A stretch of DNA of 64,000 nucleotides from Nemertoderma westbladi (taxonomy: Eukaryota > Animalia > Xenacoelomorpha): contig JAUCBJ010006746.1 of the NCBI GenBank assembly GCA_032718475.1, positions 1-64,000 on the forward strand. Direction: 5' to 3'. The notes under the pieces are model-generated. The model was not told where the DNA came from, did no database searches, and saw nothing but the letters and a program-made list of their open reading frames with translations. Position numbers and translations under genes: made by a program. Shown in pieces: positions 49,201-61,200 of the stretch (the stretch's first letter is position 1; the number at the start of each line of letters is the position of its first letter).

Positions 49201-52200
49201 CTTATTGTTACTTACTTAGCCTCCCTAACAACGCTCCATGTAGCATCCTATTGTTACTTACTTAGCATCCCTAACAACGCTCTATGTAGCATCTTATTGT
49301 TACTTACTTAGCCTCCCTAACAACGCTCCATGTAGCATCCTATTGTTACTTACTTAGCATCCCTAACAACGCTCTATGTAGCATCTTATTGTTACTTACT
49401 TAGCCTCCCTAACAACGCTCCATGTAGCATCCTATTGTTACTTACTTAACCTCCCTAACAACGCTCCATGTAGCATCCTATTGTTACTTACTTAGCATCC
49501 CTAACAACGCTCTATGTAGCATCTTATTGTTACTTACTTAGCCTCCCTAACAACGCTCCATGTAGCATCCTATTGTTACTTACTTAGCATCCCTAACAAC
49601 GCTCTATGTAGCATCTTATTGTTACTTACTTAGCCTCCCTAACAACGCTCCATGTAGCATCCTATTGTTACTTACTTAGCCTCCCTAACAACGCTCCATG
49701 TAGCATCCTATTGTTACTTATTTAGCCTCCCTAACAACGCTCCATGTAGCATCCTATTGTTACTTACTTAACCTCCCTAACAACGCTCCATGTAGCATCA
49801 TATTGTTACTTACTTAGCCTCCCTAACAACGCTCTCTGTAGCATCCTATTGTTACTTACTTAGCCTCCCTAACAACGCTCTCTGTAGCATCCTATTGTTA
49901 TTTACTTAGCCTCCCTAACAACGCTCCATGTAGCATCCCATTGTTACTTACTTAGCCTCCCTAACAACGCTCTCTGTATCATCTTATTGTTACTTACTTA
50001 GCCTCCCTAACAACGCTCCATGTAGCATCCTATTGTCACTTACTTAGCCTCCCTAACAACGCTCTCTGTATCATCCTATTGTCACTTACTTAGCCTCCCT
50101 AACAACGCTCTCTGTATCATCCTATTGTTACTTACTTAGCATCCCTAACAACGCTCTATGTAGCATCTTATTGTTACTTACTTAGCCTCCCTAACAACGC
50201 TCCATGTAGCATCCTATTGTTACTTACTTAGCCTCCCTAACAACGCTTTCTGTAACATCCTATTGTTACTTACTTAGCATCCCTAACAACGCTCTATGTA
50301 GCATCCTATTGTTACTTACTTAGCCTCCCTAACAACGCTCCATGTAGCATCTTATTGTTACTTACTTAGCCTCCCTAACAACGCTCTATGTAGCATCTTA
50401 TTGTTACTTACTTAGCCTCCCTAACAACGCTCCATGTAGCATCCTATTGTTACTTACTTAGCATCCCTAACAACGCTCTATGTAGCATCTTATTGTTACT
50501 TACTTAGCCTCCCTAACAACGCTCCATGTAGCATCCTATTGTTACTTACTTAACCTCCCTAACAACGCTCTCTGTAGCATCCTATTGTTATTTACTTAGC
50601 CTCCCTAACAACGCTCCCTGTAGCATCCTATTGTTACTTACTTAGCCTCCCTCACAACGCTCTCTGTAACATCCTATTGTTACTTACTTAGCCTCCCTAA
50701 CAACGCTCTCTGTATCATCCTATTGTTACTTACTTAGCCTCCCTAACAACGCTCCATGTAGCATCCTATTGTTACTTACTTAGCATCCCTAACAACGCTC
50801 TATGTAGCATCTTATTGTTACTTACTTAGCCTCCCTAACAACGCTCCATGTAGCATCCTATTGTTACTTACTTAGCATCCCTAACAACGCTCCATGTAGC
50901 ATCCTATTGTTACTTACTTAGCCTCCCTAACAACGCTCCCTGTAACATCCTATTGTTACTTACTTAGCCTCCCTAACAACGCTCTCTGTATCATCCTATT
51001 GTTACTTATTTAGCCTCCCTAACAACGCTCCATGTAGCATCCTATTGTTACTTACTTAGCATCCCTAACAACGCTCCATGTAGCATCCTATTGTTACTTA
51101 TTTAGCATCCCTAACAACGCTCTATGTAGCATCTTATTGTTACTTACTTAGCCTCCCTAACAACGCTCCATGTAGCATCCTATTGTTACTTACTTAGCAT
51201 CCCTAACAACGCTCTATGTAGCATCTTATTGTTACTTACTTAGCCTCCCTAACAACGCTCCATGTAGCATCCTATTGTTACTTACTTAACCTCCCTAACA
51301 ACGCTCCATGTAGCATCCTATTGTTACTTACTTAACCTCCCTAACAACGCTCCATGTAGCATCCTATTGTTACTTACTTAGCCTCCCTAACAACGCTCCC
51401 TGTAACATCCTATTGTTACTTACTTAGCCTCCCTAACAACGCTCTCTGTATCATCCTATTGTTACTTATTTAGCCTCCCTAACAACGCTCCATGTAGCAT
51501 CCTATTGTTACTTACTTAGCATCCCTAACAACGCTCCATGTAGCATCCTATTGTTACTTATTTAGCATCCCTAACAACGCTCTATGTAGCATCTTATTGT
51601 TACTTACTTAGCCTCCCTAACAACGCTCCATGTAGCATCCTATTGTTACTTACTTAGCATCCCTAACAACGCTCTATGTAGCATCTTATTGTTACTTACT
51701 TAGCCTCCCTAACAACGCTCCATGTAGCATCTTATTGTTACTTACTTAGCCTCCCTAACAACGCTCCATGTAGCATCCTATTGTTACTTACTTAGCCTCC
51801 CTAACAACGCTCCATGTAGCATCCTATTGTTACTTACTAGCCTCCCTAACAACGCTCCATGTAGCATCCTATTGTTACTTACTTAACCTCCCTAACAACG
51901 CTCCATGTAGCATCATATTGTTACTTACTTAGCCTCCCTAACAACGCTCTCTGTAGCATCCTATTGTTACTTACTTAGCCTCCCTAACAACGCTCTCTGT
52001 AGCATCCTATTGTTATTTACTTAGCCTCCCTAACAACGCTCTATGTAGCATCTTATTGTTACTTACTTAGCCTCCCTAACAACGCTCCATGTAGCATCCT
52101 ATTGTTACTTACTTAGCCTCCCTAACAACGCTCTCTGTAGCATCCTATTGTTACTTACTTAGCCTCCCTAACAACGCTCTCTGTAGCATCCTATTGTTAT

Positions 52201-55200
52201 TTACTTAGCCTCCCTAACAACGCTCTATGTAGCATCTTATTGTTACTTACTTAGCCTCCCTAACAACGCTCCATGTAGCATCATATTGTTACTTACTTAG
52301 CCTCCCTAACAACGCTCTCTGTAGCATCCTATTGTTACTTACTTAGCCTCCCTAACAACGCTCCATGTAGCATCCCATTGTTACTTACTTAGCCTCCCTA
52401 ACAACGCTCTCTGTATCATCTTATTGTTACTTACTTAGCCTCCCTAACAACGCTCCATGTAGCATCCTATTGTCACTTACTTAGCCTCCCTAACAACGCT
52501 CTCTGTATCATCCTATTGTCACTTACTTAGCCTCCCTAACAACGCTCTCTGTATCATCCTATTGTTACTTACTTAGCATCCCTAACAACGCTCTATGTAG
52601 CATCTTATTGTTACTTACTTAGCCTCCCTAACAACGCTCCATGTAGCATCCTATTGTTACTTACTTAGCCTCCCTAACAACGCTTTCTGTAACATCCTAT
52701 TGTTACTTACTTAGCATCCCTAACAACGCTCTATGTAGCATCTTATTGTTACTTACTTAGCCTCCCTAACAACGCTCCATGTAGCATCCTATTGTTACTT
52801 ACTTAGCATCCCTAACAACGCTCTATGTAGCATCTTATTGTTACTTACTTAGCCTCCCTAACAACGCTCCATGTAGCATCCTATTGTTACTTACTTAGCA
52901 TCCCTAACAACGCTCCATGTAGCATCCTATTGTTACTTACTTAGCCTCCCTAACAACGCTCCATGTAGCATCCTATTGTTACTTACTTAGCATCCCTAAC
53001 AACGCTCTATGTAGCATCTTATTGTTACTTACTTAGCCTCCCTAACAACGCTTTCTGTAACATCCTATTGTTACTTACTTAGCATCCCTAACAACGCTCT
53101 ATGTAGCATCTTATTGTTACTTACTTAGCCTCCCTAACAACGCTCCATGTAGCATCCTATTGTTACTTACTTAGCCTCCCTAACAACGCTTTCTGTAACA
53201 TCCTATTGTTACTTACTTAGCATCCCTAACAACGCTCTATGTAGCATCTTATTGTTACTTACTTAGCCTCCCTAACAACGCTCCATGTAGCATCCTATTG
53301 TTACTTACTTAGCATCCCTAACAACGCTCTCTGTAGCATCCTATTGTTACTTACTTAGCATCCCTAACAACGCTCTATGTAGCATCTTATTGTTACTTAC
53401 TTAGCATCCCTAACAACGCTCTATGTAGCATCTTATTGTTACTTACTTAGCCTCCCTAACAACGCTCCATGTAGCATCCTATTGTTACTTACTTAGCATC
53501 CCTAACAACGCTTTCTGTAACATCCTATTGTTACTTACTTAGCATCCCTAACAACGCTCTATGTAGCATCTTATTGTTACTTACTTAGCCTCCCTAACAA
53601 CGCTCCATGTAGCATCCTATTGTTACTTACTTAGCATCCCTAACAACGCTCTCTGCAGCATCCTATTGTTACTTACTTAGCATCCCTAACAACGCTCTAT
53701 GTAGCATCTTATTGTTACTTACTTAGCATCCCTAACAACGCTCTATGTAGCATCTTATTGTTACTTACTTAGCCTCCCTAACAACGCTCCATGTAGCATC
53801 CTATTGTTACTTACTTAGCATCCCTAACAACGCTTTCTGTAACATCCTATTGTTACTTACTTAGCATCCCTAACAACGCTCTATGTAGCATCTTATTGTT
53901 ACTTACTTAGCCTCCCTAACAACGCTCCATGTAGCATCCTATTGTTACTTACTTAGCATCCCTAACAACGCTCTCTGTAGCATCCTATTGTTACTTACTT
54001 AGCATCCCTAACAACGCTCTATGTAGCATCTTATTGTTACTTACTTAGCATCCCTAACAACGCTCTATGTAGCATCTTATTGTTACTTACTTAGCCTCCC
54101 TAACAACGCTCCATGTAGCATCCTATTGTTACTTACTTAGCATCCCTAACAACGCTCTATGTAGCATCTTATTGTTACTTACTTAGCCTCCCTAACAACG
54201 CTCCATGTAGCATCCTATTGTTACTTACTTAGCATCCCTAACAACGCTCTATGTAGCATCTTATTGTTACTTACTTAGCCTCCCTAACAACGCTCCATGT
54301 AGCATCCTATTGTTACTTACTTAGCATCCCTAACAACGCTCTATGTAGCATCTTATTGTTACTTACTTAGCCTCCCTAACAACGCTCCATGTAGCATCCT
54401 ATTGTTACTTACTTAGCATCCCTAACAACGCTCTATGTAGCATCTTATTGTTACTTACTTAGCCTCCCTAACAACGCTCCATGTAGCATCCTATTGTTAC
54501 TTACTTAGCCTCCCTAACAACGCTCCATGTAGCATCCTATTGTTACTTACTTAGCCTCCCTAACAACGCTCCATGTAGCATCCTATTGTTACTTACTTAG
54601 CATCCCTAACAACGCTCCATGTAGCATCTTATTGTTACTTACTTAGCCTCCCTAACAACGCTCCATGTAGCATCCTATTGTTACTTACTTAACCTCCCTA
54701 ACAACGCTCCATGTAGCATCCTATTGTTACTTACTTAGCATCCCTAACAACGCTCTATGTAGCATCTTATTGTTACTTACTTAGCCTCCCTAACAACGCT
54801 CCATGTAGCATCCTATTGTTACTTACTTAGCATCCCTAACAACGCTCTATGTAGCATCTTATTGTTACTTACTTAGCCTCCCTAACAACGCTCCATGTAG
54901 CATCCTATTGTTACTTACTTAGCATCCCTAACAACGCTCTATGTAGCATCTTATTGTTACTTACTTAGCCTCCCTAACAACGCTCCATGTAGCATCCTAT
55001 TGTTACTTACTTAGCATCCCTAACAACGCTCTATGTAGCATCTTATTGTTACTTACTTAGCCTCCCTAACAACGCTCCATGTAGCATCCTATTGTTACTT
55101 ACTTAGCATCCCTAACAACGCTCTATGTAGCATCTTATTGTTACTTACTTAGCCTCCCTAACAACGCTCCATGTAGCATCCTATTGTTACTTACTTAGCC

Positions 55201-58200
55201 TCCCTAACAACGCTTTCTGTAACATCCTATTGTTACTTACTTAGCATCCCTAACAACGCTCTATGTAGCATCTTATTGTTACTTACTTAGCCTCCCTAAC
55301 AACGCTCCATGTAGCATCCTATTGTTACTTACTTAGCATCCCTAACAACGCTCTATGTAGCATCTTATTGTTACTTACTTAGCCTCCCTAACAACGCTCC
55401 ATGTAGCATCCTATTGTTACTTACTTAGCATCCCTAACAACGCTCTATGTAGCATCTTATTGTTACTTACTTAGCCTCCCTAACAACGCTCCATGTAGCA
55501 TCCTATTGTTACTTACTTAGCATCCCTAACAACGCTCTATGTAGCATCTTATTGTTACTTACTTAGCCTCCCTAACAACGCTCCATGTAGCATCCTATTG
55601 TTACTTACTTAGCATCCCTAACAACGCTCTATGTAGCATCTTATTGTTACTTACTTAGCCTCCCTAACAACGCTCCATGTAGCATCCTATTGTTACTTAC
55701 TTAGCCTCCCTAACAACGCTTTCTGTAACATCCTATTGTTACTTACTTAGCATCCCTAACAACGCTCTATGTAGCATCTTATTGTTACTTACTTAGCCTC
55801 CCTAACAACGCTCCATGTAGCATCCTATTGTTACTTACTTAGCATCCCTAACAACGCTCTATGTAGCATCTTATTGTTACTTACTTAGCCTCCCTAACAA
55901 CGCTCCATGTAGCATCCTATTGTTACTTACTTAGCATCCCTAACAACGCTCCATGTAGCATCCTATTGTTACTTACTTAGCCTCCCTAACAACGCTCCAT
56001 GTAGCATCCTATTGTTACTTACTTAGCATCCCTAACAACGCTCTATGTAGCATCTTATTGTTACTTACTTAGCCTCCCTAACAACGCTTTCTGTAACATC
56101 CTATTGTTACTTACTTAGCATCCCTAACAACGCTCTATGTAGCATCTTATTGTTACTTACTTAGCCTCCCTAACAACGCTCCATGTAGCATCCTATTGTT
56201 ACTTACTTAGCCTCCCTAACAACGCTTTCTGTAACATCCTATTGTTACTTACTTAGCATCCCTAACAACGCTCTATGTAGCATCTTATTGTTACTTACTT
56301 AGCCTCCCTAACAACGCTCCATGTAGCATCCTATTGTTACTTACTTAGCATCCCTAACAACGCTCTCTGTAGCATCCTATTGTTACTTACTTAGCATCCC
56401 TAACAACGCTCTATGTAGCATCTTATTGTTACTTACTTAGCATCCCTAACAACGCTCTATGTAGCATCTTATTGTTACTTACTTAGCCTCCCTAACAACG
56501 CTCCATGTAGCATCCTATTGTTACTTACTTAGCATCCCTAACAACGCTTTCTGTAACATCCTATTGTTACTTACTTAGCATCCCTAACAACGCTCTATGT
56601 AGCATCTTATTGTTACTTACTTAGCCTCCCTAACAACGCTCCATGTAGCATCCTATTGTTACTTACTTAGCATCCCTAACAACGCTCTCTGTAGCATCCT
56701 ATTGTTACTTACTTAGCATCCCTAACAACGCTCTATGTAGCATCTTATTGTTACTTACTTAGCATCCCTAACAACGCTCTATGTAGCATCTTATTGTTAC
56801 TTACTTAGCCTCCCTAACAACGCTCCATGTAGCATCCTATTGTTACTTACTTAGCATCCCTAACAACGCTTTCTGTAACATCCTATTGTTACTTACTTAG
56901 CATCCCTAACAACGCTCTATGTAGCATCTTATTGTTACTTACTTAGCCTCCCTAACAACGCTCCATGTAGCATCCTATTGTTACTTACTTAGCATCCCTA
57001 ACAACGCTCTCTGTAGCATCCTATTGTTACTTACTTAGCATCCCTAACAACGCTCTATGTAGCATCTTATTGTTACTTACTTAGCATCCCTAACAACGCT
57101 CTATGTAGCATCTTATTGTTACTTACTTAGCCTCCCTAACAACGCTCCATGTAGCATCCTATTGTTACTTACTTAGCATCCCTAACAACGCTCTATGTAG
57201 CATCTTATTGTTACTTACTTAGCCTCCCTAACAACGCTCCATGTAGCATCCTATTGTTACTTACTTAGCATCCCTAACAACGCTCTATGTAGCATCTTAT
57301 TGTTACTTACTTAGCCTCCCTAACAACGCTCCATGTAGCATCCTATTGTTACTTACTTAGCATCCCTAACAACGCTCTATGTAGCATCTTATTGTTACTT
57401 ACTTAGCCTCCCTAACAACGCTCCATGTAGCATCCTATTGTTACTTACTTAGCATCCCTAACAACGCTCTATGTAGCATCTTATTGTTACTTACTTAGCC
57501 TCCCTAACAACGCTCCATGTAGCATCCTATTGTTACTTACTTAGCCTCCCTAACAACGCTCCATGTAGCATCCTATTGTTACTTACTTAGCCTCCCTAAC
57601 AACGCTCCATGTAGCATCCTATTGTTACTTACTTAGCATCCCTAACAACGCTCCATGTAGCATCTTATTGTTACTTACTTAGCCTCCCTAACAACGCTCC
57701 ATGTAGCATCCTATTGTTACTTACTTAGCCTCCCTAACAACGCTCCATGTAGCATCCTATTGTTACTTACTTAGCATCCCTAACAACGCTCTATGTAGCA
57801 TCTTATTGTTACTTACTTAGCCTCCCTAACAACGCTCCATGTAGCATCCTATTGTTACTTACTTAGCATCCCTAACAACGCTCTATGTAGCATCTTATTG
57901 TTACTTACTTAGCCTCCCTAACAACGCTCCATGTAGCATCCTATTGTTACTTACTTAGCCTCCCTAACAACGCTCCATGTAGCATCCTATTGTTACTTAC
58001 TTAGCATCCCTAACAACGCTCTATGTAGCATCTTATTGTTACTTACTTAGCCTCCCTAACAACGCTCCATGTAGCATCCTATTGTTACTTACTTAGCCTC
58101 CCTAACAACGCTCTATGTAGCATCCTATTGTTACTTACTTAGCCTCCCTAACAACGCTCCATGTAGCATCCTATTGTTACTTACTTAGCCTCCCTAACAA

Positions 58201-61200
58201 CGCTCTATGTAGCATCCTATTGTTACTTACTTAGCCTCCCTAACAACGCTCCATGTAGCATCCTATTGTTACTTACTTAGCCTCCCTAACAACGCTCCTG
58301 TAGCATCCTATTGTTACTTACTTAGCCTCCCTAACAACGCTCCATGTAGCATCCTATTGTTACTTACTTAGCCTCCCTAACAACGCTCCATGTAGCATCC
58401 TATTGTTACTTACTTAGCCTCCCTAACAACGCTCCATGTAGCATCCTATTGTTACTTACTTAGCCTCCCTAACAACGCTCTATGTAGCATCCTATTGTTA
58501 CTTACTTAGCCTCCCTAACAACGCTCCATGTAGCATCCTATTGTTACTTACTTAGCCTCCCTAACAACGCTCCATGTAGCATCCCATTGTTACTTACTTA
58601 GCCTCCCTAACAACGCTCCATGTAGCATCCTATTGTTACTTACTTAGCCTCCCTAACAACGCTCACTGTAGCATCCTATTGTTACTTACTTAGCCTCCCT
58701 AACAACGCTCCATGTAACATCCTATTGTTACTTACTTAGCCTCCCTAACAACGCTCCATGTAGCAGCCTATTGTTACTTACTTAGCCTCCCTAACAACGC
58801 TCTCTTTATCATCCTATTGTTACTTACTTAGCCTCCCTAACAACGCTCTCTGTATCATCCTATTGTTACTTACTTAGCCTCCCTCACAACGCTCTCTGTA
58901 ACATCCTATTGTTACTTACTTAGCCTCCCTAACAACGCTCTCTGTAGCATCCTATTGTTACTTACTTAGCCTCCCTAACAACGCTCCATGTAGCATCCTA
59001 TTGTTACTTACTTAGCCTCCCTAACAACGCTCTCTGTAGCATCCTATTGTTACTTACTTAGCCTCCCTAACAACGCTCCATGTAGCATCCTATTGTTACT
59101 TACTTAGCCTCCCTCACAACGCTCTCTGTAACATCCTATTGTTACTTACTTAGCCTCCCTAACAACGCTCTCTGTAGCATCCTATTGTTACTTACTTAGC
59201 CTCCCTAACAACGCTCCATGTAGCATCCTATTGTTACTTACTTAGCCTCCCTCACAACGCTCTCTGTAACATCCTATTGTTACTTACTTAGCCTCCCTAA
59301 CAACGCTCTCTGTAGCATCCTATTGTTACTTACTTAGCCTCCCTAACAACGCTCCATGTAGCATCCTATTGTTACTTACTTAGCCTCCCTAACAACGCTC
59401 CATGTAGCATCCTATTGTTACTTACTTAGCATCCCTAACAACGCTCTATGTAGCATCTTATTGTTACTTACTTAGCCTCCCTAACAACGCTCCATGTAGC
59501 ATCCTATTGTTACTTACTTAGCATCCCTAACAACGCTCTATGTAGCATCTTATTGTTACTTACTTAGCCTCCCTAACAACGCTCCATGTAGCATCCTATT
59601 GTTACTTACTTAGCCTCCCTAACAACGCTCTATGTAGCATCCTATTGTTACTTACTTAGCCTCCCTAACAACGCTCCATGTAGCATCCTATTGTTACTTA
59701 CTTAGCATCCCTAACAACGCTCTATGTAGCATCCTATTGTTACTTACTTAGCATCCCTAACAACGCTCTATGTAGCATCTTATTGTTACTTACTTAGCCT
59801 CCCTAACAACGCTCCATGTAGCATCCTATTGTTACTTACTTAGCCTCCCTAACAACGCTCCATGTAGCATCCTATTGTCACTTACTTAGCCTCCCTAACA
59901 ACGCTCTCTGTAGCATCCTATTGTTACTTACTTAGCCTCCCTAACAACGCTCCATGTAGCATCCTATTGTTACTTACTTAGCCTCCCTAACAACGCTCTA
60001 TGTAGCATCTTATTGTTACTTACTTAGCCTCCCTAACAACGCTCCATGTAGCATCCTATTGTTACTTACTTAGCCTCCCTAACAACGCTCCATGTAGCAT
60101 CCTATTGTTACTTACTTAGCCTCCCTAACAACGCTCTATGTAGCATCCTATTGTTACTTACTTAGCCTCCCTAACAACGCTCCATGTAGCATCTTATTGT
60201 TACTTACTTAGCCTCCCTAACAACGCTCCATGTAGCATCCTATTGTTACTTACTTAGCCTCCCTAACAACGCTCCATGTAGCATCCTATTGTTACTTACT
60301 TAGCCTCCCTAACAACGCTCCATGTAGCATCCTATTGTTACTTACTTAACCTCCCTAACAACGCTCCATGTAGCATCCTATTGTTACTTACTTAGCCTCC
60401 CTAACAACGCTCTCTGTAGCATCCTATTGTTACTTACTTAGCCTCCCTAACAACGCTCTCATGTAGCATCCTATTGTTATTTACTTAGCCTCCCTAACAA
60501 CGCTCCATGTAGCATCCCATTGTTACTTACTTAACCTCCCTAACAACGCTCTCTGTAGCATCCTATTGTTACTTACTTAGCCTCCCTAACAACGCTCTAT
60601 GTAGCATCCTATTGTTACTTACTTAGCCTCCCTAACAACGCTCCATGTAGCATCCTATTGTTACTTACTTAGCATCCCTAACAACGCTCCATGTAGCATC
60701 CTATTGTTACTTACTTAGCCTCCCTAACAACGCTCCATGTAGCATCCTATTGTTACTTACTTAGCCTCCCTAACAACGCTCCATGTAGCATCCTATTGTT
60801 ACTTACTTAGCCTCCCTAACAACGCTCTCTGTAGCATCCTATTGTTACTTACTTAGCCTCCCTAACAACGCTCTCTGTAGCATCCTATTGTTATTTACTT
60901 AGCCTCCCTAACAACGCTCCATGTAGCATCCTATTGTTACTTACTTAGCCTCCCTAACAACGCTCTCTGTAGCATCCTATTGTTACTTACTTAGCCTCCC
61001 TAACAACGCTCTCTGTATCATCCTATTGTTACTTACTTAGCCTCCCTAACAACGCTCCATGTAGCATCCTATTGTCACTTACTTAGCCTCCCTAACAACG
61101 CTCTCTGTATCATCCTATTGTCACTTACTTAGCCTCCCTAACAACGCTCTCTGTATCATCCTATTGTTACTTACTTAGCCTCCCTAACAACGCTCTCTGT

